This document shows, piece by piece, positions 13,078 to 22,633 of a stretch of 24,000 nt of DNA. Source of the DNA: Enterococcus phage vB_EfaM_A2. Location of the stretch: sequence record MT856905.1. One strand, written 5' to 3'. Below the pieces are notes generated by a model. It made no database searches, was not told the origin of the DNA, and saw nothing but the letters and a program-made list of their open reading frames with translations. Every line of letters begins with the position of its first letter. Position 1 is the stretch's first letter. Made by a program: the position numbers and the translations under genes.

Positions 13078-14912
13078 TGACAAATAAAGCACAACATATT
13101 GCTAAAATGGCAAAAGAAATGTATGGGACGGACAAAATAACAACTGCACAGCTTGCCTACATCACAGACATGTTAACTCCGTCCACATATTTACTAAGAA
13201 ACCACTCCGTTCGTAATCATCCGATTACATTTATGATTTCCGGACGTGACCAACAAAAAGCCCAAGCGCATAGACCTTGGCAAGTAAAAATTATTAATGA
13301 CCAACATCGAACAAAGGCAGTTATTAAATCACGGCAATTAGGGCTTTCAGAAATGGGTGTAGGAACCATGCTACACTTTGCAGATACACATAGTTATGAT
13401 GCAGTTAAGTGTTTGTATACCTTCCCAACAAATGAACAAATGACTAAATTCGTACAAACACGTCTTGACCCAGTATTGCAACGTGGTTACTACAGTACGA
13501 TTATTGACCCAGAAGTAGACTCATTAAAAGCTAAGAAGATTCGTAATAGCTTTTTATACTTCCGTTCAAGTTCTAAACCGGGAGCTGTAGAAGGGGTCGA
13601 TATTGATTACCTATCTATGGATGAGTACGACCGTGTTCCTGCATTAGCAGAAGCTTCTGCATTGGAATCTATGTCATCTTCTCCATATAAGATTGTTACT
13701 CGTTGGTCTACTCCATCAGCTCCTGATGTAGGTATCCATGCTTTGTTTGAACAGTCTGACCAATACTGGTATCTACACAAATGTGATAAGTGTAATCATT
13801 ATAACCAAATGAACTATGAAGACTATGTACCAGAGGCACCAGTGGAACGTAGAGGGAACATCCTTTGTGTAAACCCTAAAGGGGTAGACCCAATTGCCAA
13901 AACAGTTGTGGATGGCTCCTTCCAATTCGTTTGTCAAAAATGTGGAGAGCCATTAGACCGTTGGTACAATGGTATATGGGTTCCTAAATATCCAGACCGT
14001 ACTAAAAATGGTCTAGGTATTCGAGGATACATGATTTCTCAAATGAATGCTGTTTGGGTATCTGCTGACCAATTAAAAACAAAAGAGCTAACATCACTAT
14101 CGAAACAAGCGTTCTATAACTATACGTTGGGTTACCCTTATGCTGACCAAAAACTTACTGTTAATGCCGGTGACGTAGAACGTAACAGACGTGGAGACCT
14201 CCCAGAGTCCCCTAGAGACCGTGGAGACTACAAGTTTATCTCTGTAGGTATTGACTGGGGAAACAGACACTGGGTGTCCATTCATGGCGTTAGAACGAAT
14301 GGTCAAGTAGATTTAATTAAATTGTTCTCTGTAGGTAAAGCTAACCCATTAAACCCTGATGCGATTGATACAGATATTCAGTCAATTCGATTACAATTAG
14401 CACCATATGAACCTGATATTATCGTTGCCGATGTTGGTGACTCTGGTGATAAAGTTGCTAAACTGATTCAGATTTATGGCAAAGACCGTGTATTTGGTTG
14501 TGTATATCCATCTACACCTAAATCTACAGGTAACTTAGTACCAAGTTGGAATGTTCAAGGTAACAAGGTATCTGCTGATAAGCTAATGCAGAATAAACGA
14601 TACATTTCAAACATGAAAGATGGAGTTATTGGTTTCTACCACAAAATGGATAGTGAACTAATGCTTTACATTGAACACTGGGGAAATGTAGTAATTCGTG
14701 ATGAGGAGGATGAAAAATCCCCTACAGGATTCCGACAAACCATCGGACGTAAAGGTGATGACCACTATTCACAAGCTAGTGTTTATTCCATGTTAGGTTA
14801 TGAACATTTGATGAACGTATTTACAGGGGCAGATGACTACGGGTTTAACTCTGATTGGATTTCTACTCAATTGAACCCTACACCTCCTGATATTTTTACT
14901 CAGTTTACTTAA
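13077..14912 (+). CDS. terL: terminase large subunit
   Basis: Uninterrupted 611 aa. ATPase-type N-terminal half and a RNase H-fold nuclease-type region (SVGIDWGNRHWVS, IIVADVGDSGDK); paired CxxC motifs. Confidence 0.93.
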   Translation: MTNKAQHIAKMAKEMYGTDKITTAQLAYITDMLTPSTYLLRNHSVRNHPITFMISGRDQQKAQAHRPWQVKIINDQHRTKAVIKSRQLGLSEMGVGTMLHFADTHSYDAVKCLYTFPTNEQMTKFVQTRLDPVLQRGYYSTIIDPEVDSLKAKKIRNSFLYFRSSSKPGAVEGVDIDYLSMDEYDRVPALAEASALESMSSSPYKIVTRWSTPSAPDVGIHALFEQSDQYWYLHKCDKCNHYNQMNYEDYVPEAPVERRGNILCVNPKGVDPIAKTVVDGSFQFVCQKCGEPLDRWYNGIWVPKYPDRTKNGLGIRGYMISQMNAVWVSADQLKTKELTSLSKQAFYNYTLGYPYADQKLTVNAGDVERNRRGDLPESPRDRGDYKFISVGIDWGNRHWVSIHGVRTNGQVDLIKLFSVGKANPLNPDAIDTDIQSIRLQLAPYEPDIIVADVGDSGDKVAKLIQIYGKDRVFGCVYPSTPKSTGNLVPSWNVQGNKVSADKLMQNKRYISNMKDGVIGFYHKMDSELMLYIEHWGNVVIRDEEDEKSPTGFRQTIGRKGDDHYSQASVYSMLGYEHLMNVFTGADDYGFNSDWISTQLNPTPPDIFTQFT

Positions 14913-14918
14913 AAAAGC

Positions 14919-15052
14919 AAAATGTCCTATTTTAATTTTTCTACGTCCTTATATATTAATACTATATATCTATATACCTATATCTAGTTATTAAGTATAT
15001 ATAGTATAATATATTATATAAGGGAGACAAAAATTTAAAATAGGACATTTTT
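14919..15052. repeat. MITE-like/palindromic repeat copy 2
   Basis: AAAATGTCCTATTTTAATTTTT ... AAAAATTTAAAATAGGACATTTTT around CCTTATATATTAATACTATATA / TATATAGTATAATATATTATATAAGG. Confidence 0.7.
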
Positions 15053-15069
15053 ATCAAATTAGCTATTGA

Positions 15070-15097
15070 TTGACAAAAAATAATATGCTATTATACT
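15070..15097 (+). promoter_or_regulatory. promoter upstream of 15156 gene
   Basis: TTGACA - 16 nt - TATACT. Confidence 0.6.
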
Positions 15098-15155
15098 ACT
15101 TGTCAATAATAGCGCTAGTTATTTTTCTTGTCATAACAATAAAGGAGACGTTTAC

Positions 15156-16001
15156 ATGAATGACAATCAAGAATACCAAGCTCTTGTTGATAATCTTCTT
15201 AGCTCTGTACCAGAATTTAAACCTGTAGAAGCTACAGTCAGTAAGTCCTTTTTAGAAGGTATGCTAGGCAAGAAGTTAGACTACGGGTACGTTATATCAG
15301 AAAATGAAAAATTATCAAAAGACTATTCACATATTGTGAAGGCTTATGGTTTTAACTCCTTTTATGACCTATACTGCTATGCTGATAGTTGTGATTCACT
15401 AAATGACTATTTAATTAAAGGCGGTCAAAAAGATTTATCAAAGTTGAAGCCAGTTAAAAGACGAGTAATGAGAAATGGTAAAATGATGACGACTACTATC
15501 TACGAAGACAGTTCCGGAGAAGATGATGATAAAAACCCATTAGATAAGGACACTCAAACAGAGGAAAATGTTGAGCCAAGAAATGCTAGAGATTTAAGCA
15601 AAACAATTATTGGAGATGACCATAATGGTATAGACCCAAAACAAATTGCTAAACTTAAAACTGAGGCAGGTAATTTAAATGGGACATTTTCAACTGATTG
15701 TTCTTCATACTTAGTTCTCCAAGGAGAAACCGGAGAACTTGGTGGTGTGGCAGGTTATCGTAAAGAGGGTAGCTATTTATATTTAGCTTTCTACCAATCA
15801 GACGACCTTACAAGTGGAGTGGCTTATGTAGCATTTACACAACTATTGTTACGTGCTCGTAAACTTGGCTTAGGTGCTAAGATTGATGCTACTGATGACC
15901 CGTTAGCACTAGAATTATTTAAAGAATACGGACTTAAAAAAAGTGGTAGTTGTTATATAATTTCCAAGAGTTCCCTACTGGAAGCGCTTGGGGAGCCATG
16001 A
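15156..16001 (+). CDS. hypothetical phage protein; RRVMRNGKMMTTTIYE head-protein-like linker and possible GNAT-like C-terminus
   Basis: 281 aa; SD AAGGAG; ends in ATGA overlap with the next gene. Confidence 0.75.
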   Translation: MNDNQEYQALVDNLLSSVPEFKPVEATVSKSFLEGMLGKKLDYGYVISENEKLSKDYSHIVKAYGFNSFYDLYCYADSCDSLNDYLIKGGQKDLSKLKPVKRRVMRNGKMMTTTIYEDSSGEDDDKNPLDKDTQTEENVEPRNARDLSKTIIGDDHNGIDPKQIAKLKTEAGNLNGTFSTDCSSYLVLQGETGELGGVAGYRKEGSYLYLAFYQSDDLTSGVAYVAFTQLLLRARKLGLGAKIDATDDPLALELFKEYGLKKSGSCYIISKSSLLEALGEP

Positions 16002-16825
16002 TTTCAACTTTTGAGTTATTTTTAATTTTAGCCTTCTCAACAACCGTGTTTATATGCTATAATCTTTTTGTAGCTCAAACAGTCAAGACAATTTTTGATT
16101 TGAGAAAAAAGGCACAAGTTGTGCTAACTGAAAGAGCAACTGAGCTAACGAAGAAGTTAACAAACATATTGAAAGGGGATGTACAGGAGTTGCCAGAGAA
16201 AGAAAACGTAATTATTAACGAACAAACACTCTCTGACTTGTTAGTCGAAAAAGCAAGCGATGCCGACTACAAATTGTTCATTGAGAAACTGACAGAGATT
16301 GTAAAGGATTTATATTCAAATTATCAATTTCTTCGTCAAGACCCACAACCCGATGATTTCATGTCAGGTTATTTTTTAGGGTTCCAAGTTTTTAGAGAGG
16401 AATACCCTGTCGAATACGAGTATTTATTCCGATTAGCTATTGACCGTGGGTTAGACGATATTAAAATCAATAAACTCTTTGTCGAAGCTTTACAAAACGG
16501 AGAGGTATTACCATTAGGGGATGCCATTGTAGACCCTAACTTGTCCGGGTGCAGTTCTATCCTTCAAGCACAAGAAGTACGTGTAAACATTGTATTCGCA
16601 CCTAAAGCATACATGGAGCGTAAAGAAGAGCTGATTGAAGAAAAAACTGCTGAAATGGAAAAGCAGAAGAAAGAGCAACAAGAACTAGCAATCCAAAAAG
16701 ATAACGTGGTTAAATCTGCACGTCTTGCTGAGGCTGTCATTAACGAATTAGTGGATGAAGTCGCAGAAAAACACGAACTACAAGAACTCGTTAAACAAAT
16801 TAAAGAAAGCATGAGGTATTTCTAA
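15998..16825 (+). CDS. N-terminally membrane-anchored coiled-coil protein
   Basis: Start ATG 15998 (ATGA overlap): MISTFELFLILAFSTTVFICYNLFV... The track ORF start at 15950 is upstream and overlaps. Confidence 0.8.
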   Translation: MISTFELFLILAFSTTVFICYNLFVAQTVKTIFDLRKKAQVVLTERATELTKKLTNILKGDVQELPEKENVIINEQTLSDLLVEKASDADYKLFIEKLTEIVKDLYSNYQFLRQDPQPDDFMSGYFLGFQVFREEYPVEYEYLFRLAIDRGLDDIKINKLFVEALQNGEVLPLGDAIVDPNLSGCSSILQAQEVRVNIVFAPKAYMERKEELIEEKTAEMEKQKKEQQELAIQKDNVVKSARLAEAVINELVDEVAEKHELQELVKQIKESMRYF

Positions 16826-17182
16826 ATGGCAAACCCTACAACCAAAGTAACATTAAACCAAGCATTAATCAAAGAATTGCGTGCACTTCAAGGAAAAAGA
16901 GAGTCCTTGATTGCAAGTAATCTACATGTACCAGAACCTCAGTCAGTTATGATTCCAATTCCTAATGTTTTAGTAACAGATGGTGACAAAGAGGTACTAA
17001 AATTTATTAAAAACATCGGTTTAATTAGAGCTGATAAATCTTTTGGGTTAGATGTGGCAATTGAAGCAGGAGAAAAAGTAACCCTTACAGATGGACGTTC
17101 TTCCACTATCTTGGAATGTATTTTCTATTACACAGGAGATACAAAAATTGATGAAATTGAGCAATTCTTAGAACAAAACTAA
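16826..17182 (+). CDS. hypothetical protein, 118 aa
   Basis: ORF immediately following previous stop (TAAATG). Confidence 0.8.
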   Translation: MANPTTKVTLNQALIKELRALQGKRESLIASNLHVPEPQSVMIPIPNVLVTDGDKEVLKFIKNIGLIRADKSFGLDVAIEAGEKVTLTDGRSSTILECIFYYTGDTKIDEIEQFLEQN

Positions 17183-17284
17183 TATTTCCTGATTAAAAAG
17201 AAGCTTTTTTTACTTGTGCTATATTAACACTGCACAGGAAAAGAGAGCTTCTTTTTTTGTGACTTTTTTATAGGAGGTTGCAAG

Positions 17285-18541
17285 ATGGCAGGAGAAGTAT
17301 TTAGTAGTTTGATTACAAGTGTTAACCCTAATTTGATGAACGCAGGTAGTCGTAACGGTATTGCTATTGACCGAATTATTCTACATCACAACGCAACAAC
17401 AAATAAAGATGTTGCTATGAACACATGGTTATTAGGTGGTAGCGCAGGTACATCTGCTCACTATGAATGTACACCAACAGAGATTATTGGATGTGTCGGT
17501 GAACAGTACTCAGCATTCCATGCCGGAGGAACTGGTGGCGCAGATATTCCTAAGATTTCTAACCCTAACCAACGTTCAATCGGTATTGAAAATGTAAATT
17601 CAAGCGGTGCTCCTAACTGGTCAATAGACCCTCGTACAGTTACAAATTGTGCTCGATTAGTGGCAGATATTTGTAAACGTTATGGGATTCCATGTGACCG
17701 ACAACATGTCTTAGGACATAACGAAGTGACTGCAACAGCATGTCCCGGAGGAATGAATGTAGACGAAGTAGTACGTCAAGCAAAACAGTTTATGGCAGGT
17801 GGAAACAGCAGTACAGCTACAGCCACTCGTCAAGCATTCTTCGATGTTGTGAACGTAAACTCTGGTGCATTCAACGTGCAAGGATGGTTCATCCCTAGCA
17901 AGTCTACAAAAGGACAATCTATTTGGTTGTACTTTATGGACAAGAAAACGAATAAAGAAATTGCTCGTTTCCAAGGTAAACGTGTAGTTCGTGAAGACGT
18001 TAAGAAAGTATATCCATCTAACCCTAACGGAGCAGATGTTGGTTTTAACGTTGATGGTGCAACTCCACAAAGTCTTATGGGCAAAGACTACTACTTCTTG
18101 TTACGTTACAACAACGATAACAAAGAAGAACTTTTCGTAACAGATAAAGTCTTTAAAGCACCTGCACTAGTTAACCGTGGTTGCCTAGACGTAATTAGAG
18201 GTGACAAAGGTCAGGTTACTTTACATGGATGGCATTTATCTTCCAAACGTAGAAACTCTGACAAACACTTCTTGTTCATCATGGATAAGAAGACGAATAA
18301 AGAGATTGTGCGTTTTGACGTTACAAAATCTTCATTCAAAGCTTCCCCAGATATTCAAAAATTGTATGACGGTACAATTGCACAACGAACTAATTGTAGA
18401 TTTGCTTTTGCTCATGCACTGGATGCTAAATCCCCTGCACGTGGTAAAGACATCTATATTTTAAGTCGTTACTGCTCTGACCCTGCGGGGAACAACGGGA
18501 TTTCCGACCAGTTACAACTTGGTGGAACTCACAAATTGTAA
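17285..18541 (+). CDS. N-acetylmuramoyl-L-alanine amidase (endolysin)
   Basis: IDRIILHHNATTNKD...HYECTPTEIIGCVGEQYSAFHAG...RQHVLGHNEVTATACPG; Amidase_2 zinc/catalytic motifs; SD GGAGG. Confidence 0.92.
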   Translation: MAGEVFSSLITSVNPNLMNAGSRNGIAIDRIILHHNATTNKDVAMNTWLLGGSAGTSAHYECTPTEIIGCVGEQYSAFHAGGTGGADIPKISNPNQRSIGIENVNSSGAPNWSIDPRTVTNCARLVADICKRYGIPCDRQHVLGHNEVTATACPGGMNVDEVVRQAKQFMAGGNSSTATATRQAFFDVVNVNSGAFNVQGWFIPSKSTKGQSIWLYFMDKKTNKEIARFQGKRVVREDVKKVYPSNPNGADVGFNVDGATPQSLMGKDYYFLLRYNNDNKEELFVTDKVFKAPALVNRGCLDVIRGDKGQVTLHGWHLSSKRRNSDKHFLFIMDKKTNKEIVRFDVTKSSFKASPDIQKLYDGTIAQRTNCRFAFAHALDAKSPARGKDIYILSRYCSDPAGNNGISDQLQLGGTHKL

Positions 18542-18550
18542 CATTACATT

Positions 18551-18577
18551 GACCTACCTTCTGGTGGGTCTTTTTTA
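18551..18577 (+). terminator. Rho-independent terminator
   Basis: GACCTACC-ttct-GGTGGGTC-TTTTTT. Confidence 0.8.
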
Positions 18578-18698
18578 TTACTGTAATATAATGTAAATGA
18601 ACTGTAATACTATAGGACTAACTTTGTAACACTAATTTGCTATATTAGTTCCTGTAAGCAACACATAAAACTAAAACAACCCAAAGGAGAACGACAAC

Positions 18699-19307
18699 TT
18701 GAAGAAAACGACAATTGCAACATTAGGACTTTTAGGACTAGGACTATCATTAGGATTGGGAGCTAAAGCTCACGCAGACGAAATCCAAGAAAATGGACAA
18801 ACTTACTGGCAAGTAGAATCCGGAGATACATTATCAGCTATTGGTAATCGTTACGGAATTGATTTTAACTTAATTCACCAAGCAAACTCAGACAAAGTTT
18901 CAGATGCTAACTTGATTTATGTTGGAGACAAACTATTATTACCATTAAACGGTGAAGTTCAAGCTCCTGTAGCTCAACCAGTGCAAGAAGCACCAGTTGT
19001 AGAACAAGCGCTTGTAGTAGAAGAAACACCTGTAGTTGAACAGGCACCAGTTGTTCAAGAACCAGTAGAACAAGCTCCTGCCGTTACATCTAACTCAGCA
19101 AAAGAATGGATTGCACAAAAAGAATCTAGCGGTTCTTACTCAGCAACTAACGGACGTTACATTGGACGTTACCAATTAGATGCTTCATACTTAAACGGTG
19201 ACTACTCACCAGAGAACCAAGAACGTGTAGCAGATGCTTATGTTGCAGGACGTTATGGTTCATGGGAAAATGCACAAGCTTTCTGGTTAGCTAACGGTTG
19301 GTACTAA
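18699..19307 (+). CDS. secreted LysM + transglycosylase-like (aggregation-promoting-factor type) protein
   Basis: Signal peptide MKKTTIATLGLLGLGLSLGLGAKAHADE; LysM YWQVESGDTLSAIGNRYG...LIYVGDKLLLP; C-term WIAQKESSGSYSATNGRYIGRYQLDASYL...WLANGWY. Confidence 0.88.
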   Translation: MKKTTIATLGLLGLGLSLGLGAKAHADEIQENGQTYWQVESGDTLSAIGNRYGIDFNLIHQANSDKVSDANLIYVGDKLLLPLNGEVQAPVAQPVQEAPVVEQALVVEETPVVEQAPVVQEPVEQAPAVTSNSAKEWIAQKESSGSYSATNGRYIGRYQLDASYLNGDYSPENQERVADAYVAGRYGSWENAQAFWLANGWY

Positions 19308-19329
19308 AATAATAAATACTAACAGATTA

Positions 19330-19372
19330 AAAAAAGACTCTCTTTTTAGGGGGTCTTTTTCTTATGCTATAT
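19330..19372 (+). terminator. Rho-independent terminator
   Basis: GACTCTC-tttttta-GGGGGTC-TTTTTCTT. Confidence 0.6.
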
Positions 19373-19410
19373 TATAACTGTAACTTAAAAACAAACAGGA
19401 AGTGATAGCT

Positions 19411-20355
19411 ATGAGTAACATTAACATGGAAACCGCAATTGCGAACATGTACGCTCTAAAAGCACGAGGTATTACTTACTCAATGAACTACTCCCGAACA
19501 GGTGCAGATGGCACAGGGGATTGCTCTGGTACTGTCTATGATTCTTTACGTAAGGCAGGGGCTAGTGATGCAGGTTGGGTACTTAATACAGATAGTATGC
19601 ACAGTTGGCTAGAAAAAAATGGTTTTAAACTGATTGCACAAAATCAGGAATGGTCAGCTAAACGTGGAGATATTGTTATCTTTGGTAAAAAAGGTTCAAG
19701 TGGTGGTTCCGCAGGTCACGTGGTTATCTTCATTAGTAGTACACAGATTATTCACTGTACATGGAAATCAGCAACGGCTAACGGTGTTTACGTAGATAAC
19801 GAAGCAACTACTTGTCCATATAGCATGGGTTGGTATGTGTATCGTTTAAATGGTGGAAGCACTCCTCCAAAACCAAACACTAAGAAAGTAAAAGTACTTA
19901 AACACGCTACCAACTGGTCTCCATCAAGTAAGGGTGCAAAAATGGCAAGTTTTGTCAAAGGCGGTACATTTGAAGTTAAACAACAACGACCAATTTCTTA
20001 TTCTTACTCTAACCAAGAATACTTGATTGTAAATAAAGGAACAGTACTTGGATGGGTTCTTTCCCAAGATATTGAAGGTGGATATGGTTCAGATAGAGTT
20101 GGGGGAAGCAAACCTAAACTACCTGCCGGATTTACGAAGGAAGAAGCTACGTTTATTAATGGTAATGCTCCTATTACTACTCGTAAGAATAAACCAAGCT
20201 TATCTTCTCCAACAGCTACACCATTGTATCCGGGACAATCTGTAAGATACCTTGGTTGGAAGTCTGCTGAGGGATACATCTGGATTTATGCAACAGATGG
20301 ACGTTACATCCCTGTACGACCTGTAGGTAAGGAAGCATGGGGTACATTCAAGTAA
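19411..20355 (+). CDS. phage peptidoglycan hydrolase, Amidase_5/NlpC-P60-like with SH3_5-like C-terminus
   Basis: YSMNYSRTGADGTGDCSGTVYDSLRKAG...KRGDIVIFG...GHVVIFIS...IIHC; ATG 19411 preferred (SD AGGAAG). Confidence 0.88.
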   Translation: MSNINMETAIANMYALKARGITYSMNYSRTGADGTGDCSGTVYDSLRKAGASDAGWVLNTDSMHSWLEKNGFKLIAQNQEWSAKRGDIVIFGKKGSSGGSAGHVVIFISSTQIIHCTWKSATANGVYVDNEATTCPYSMGWYVYRLNGGSTPPKPNTKKVKVLKHATNWSPSSKGAKMASFVKGGTFEVKQQRPISYSYSNQEYLIVNKGTVLGWVLSQDIEGGYGSDRVGGSKPKLPAGFTKEEATFINGNAPITTRKNKPSLSSPTATPLYPGQSVRYLGWKSAEGYIWIYATDGRYIPVRPVGKEAWGTFK

Positions 20356-20362
20356 CATGACT

Positions 20363-20389
20363 TAAGAGGGCTATTTAGCCCTCTTTTTT
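20363..20389 (+). terminator. Rho-independent terminator
   Basis: AGAGGGCTATTTAGCCCTCTTTTTT. Confidence 0.85.
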
Positions 20390-20484
20390 GTGCTATATTA
20401 AATTAGTAGACAGTGATGAAAAATTGTTACAGGGCTACCTGTGGTATACTTAAACTAGTACAAATGCTTGGGAGGTAAGAATAC

Positions 20485-20829
20485 GTGGCATACTTACAGG
20501 ACGATACATGGCAAGCAGTAAAACAGTTAGCTAAACAAAACGGTTTTGTAGGAGACTGGATTCTAATTATTCACCTCTACTATGAAAACGGTGGAAACAA
20601 TGTACAAGTTCATACTGCTATAGATAATAAAAATTACCGCATACTACGAATCTTAGATAACAAACAGGTTTTATTAGTTGATAGAGAAGGAAACGTTGCT
20701 GTAGAGGACTATGAAGTAGTCAATGACAGTCAGAAAGGTTTCTTTTATAGTGATATGCACAAAGTCGAACTAACACTTCCGGAAGGTTGTAGCTTCAACG
20801 GTAAACAAAGAATAAAAATTTATATATGA
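20485..20829 (+). CDS. hypothetical protein, 114 aa
   Basis: GGAGGT then GTG start at 20485. Confidence 0.8.
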   Translation: MAYLQDDTWQAVKQLAKQNGFVGDWILIIHLYYENGGNNVQVHTAIDNKNYRILRILDNKQVLLVDREGNVAVEDYEVVNDSQKGFFYSDMHKVELTLPEGCSFNGKQRIKIYI

Positions 20830-20845
20830 GGTAGGTGTAATCAAG

Positions 20846-22534
20846 TTGCCAAAATGGTTAGATAAAGTGTTGGGTGTAGAAGAAGATACTGACATCGTTA
20901 AAAGCGAAGAAGTCTACCAAACCTTGCTTAAAGAAATTCAAGCACAGCCGTTAACAGAAACGGTAGAGAAAGGTATGAATGGTAAACCAGTAGCATACAT
21001 GCAACCTATAATTGGTGACATGTCAGTAAACCCCGGATTTAAGACAAAACCTTCTATTAGAAATTCTCAGGATTTACACAAAATGTTGAAGAAGTTTGGT
21101 AATAATATCATTCTTAATTCAATTATTAATACACGGTCAAATCAGGTATCTATGTATTGTAAACCTGCAAGAAACTCTGAGACAGGTGTAGGTTACGAGG
21201 TTCGGCTGAAAGATATTGAACAAGAGCCATCCACACATGACATTGCAAATATTAAAAGAATTGAAAGCTTTTTAGAAAATACCGCAGTATTCAAAGACCA
21301 AAATAGGGACAATTTTACTGCTTTTTGTAAGAAGATGGTACGTGCAACTTATATGTATGACCAAGTTAACTTTGAGAAGGTATTCGATAAAGACGGAAAT
21401 TTTATCAAATTTGATACCGTAGACCCCACAACAATCTTCTTAGCTACTAACGGTAAAGGAAAGATTATTGAAAAGGGAGAACGATTTGTACAAGTACTAG
21501 ACAATCGAATCGTAGCCAAATTTAATGAACGTGAAATGGCTTTTGCTGTTCGTAACCCACGTGCTGATATTGAAGTAGGTCAGTACGGTTATCCAGAACT
21601 AGAGATTGCCTTGAAGCAGTTTATTGCACATGAAAACACCGAGACGTTTAATGACCGATTCTTCTCTCACGGAGGAACAACACGTGGTATCTTACATGTT
21701 AAAGCAGGACAACAACAAAGTCAGCAAGCATTAGATATTTTCCGTAGAGAATGGAGAAGTTCCCTATCAGGTATTAATGGTTCATGGCAAATCCCAGTAG
21801 TATCCGCAGAAGACGTTAAGTTCGTTAACATGACACCATCTGCTAATGATATGCAGTTTGAAAAATGGTTGAACTATTTAATCAATGTAATTTCTGCGTT
21901 GTATGGGATTGACCCTGCTGAAATTAACTTCCCGAATAATGGGGGAGCAACTGGTTCTAAAGGTGGTTCTTTAAACGAGGGTAACTCAAAAGAGAAAATG
22001 CAAGCTTCCCAAAATAAAGGGTTACAACCATTATTACGCTTTATTGAAGACACTGTAAATACTTTCATTATTGCTGAGTTTGGAGACAAGTATCAATTCC
22101 AATTTAGAGGTGGAGACCTAAGTGCTCAATTAGACAAGATTAAGATTCTTGAAGCAGAAGTTAAAGTGTTTAAAACAGTTAATGAAGCACGTGCTGAAAA
22201 AGGGTTGGAACCAATTAAAGGTGGAGACGTAATCTTAGACGGTGTTCTAATTCAATCCATTGGTCAGTTAATGCAACAAGAACAATTTAACTATCAAAAA
22301 CAACAGGATAAGCTTAATAGGCTCTTAGAGCTTTCTGGTGGCGAAGCAGATGATTCTAATGGAATTAGCTTCCAAGACAAACAACAGGGCTTAGATGGAA
22401 CCTCAGCTAGCGTAAATGGCAAAGGAGAGTCATCTGTTGGTAAAGATGGACAAATTAAAGGTAAGGGCATAACTAACACCAATTCTGCTAAACAAGGTAT
22501 GAAAGGTGACAAACCTAACGACTGGCAAAAATAA
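20846..22534 (+). CDS. portal protein
   Basis: 562 aa, TTG start after GAGGTAGG; portal-like NVISALYGIDPAEINFPNNGG region and position before the protease. Confidence 0.88.
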   Translation: MPKWLDKVLGVEEDTDIVKSEEVYQTLLKEIQAQPLTETVEKGMNGKPVAYMQPIIGDMSVNPGFKTKPSIRNSQDLHKMLKKFGNNIILNSIINTRSNQVSMYCKPARNSETGVGYEVRLKDIEQEPSTHDIANIKRIESFLENTAVFKDQNRDNFTAFCKKMVRATYMYDQVNFEKVFDKDGNFIKFDTVDPTTIFLATNGKGKIIEKGERFVQVLDNRIVAKFNEREMAFAVRNPRADIEVGQYGYPELEIALKQFIAHENTETFNDRFFSHGGTTRGILHVKAGQQQSQQALDIFRREWRSSLSGINGSWQIPVVSAEDVKFVNMTPSANDMQFEKWLNYLINVISALYGIDPAEINFPNNGGATGSKGGSLNEGNSKEKMQASQNKGLQPLLRFIEDTVNTFIIAEFGDKYQFQFRGGDLSAQLDKIKILEAEVKVFKTVNEARAEKGLEPIKGGDVILDGVLIQSIGQLMQQEQFNYQKQQDKLNRLLELSGGEADDSNGISFQDKQQGLDGTSASVNGKGESSVGKDGQIKGKGITNTNSAKQGMKGDKPNDWQK

Positions 22535-22535
22535 A

Positions 22536-22561
22536 TAGAGGGGTAACACCCTCTATTTACA
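22536..22561 (+). terminator. hairpin terminator after portal gene
   Basis: AAATAGAGGG-GTAA-CACCCTCTATTT. Confidence 0.6.
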
Positions 22562-22633
22562 ATTGTCCAACTGTTTAGTGGTAGTTCTGCTATATTAAAA
22601 ACAGATGTAAGTTTAGGTGGTGAATGAACAAAG

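Noticed and set aside
13077-14912. Possible intron in terL, as seen in some SPO1-like phages
   Set aside because: The ORF is continuous for 611 aa with the expected motifs; no interruption seen.
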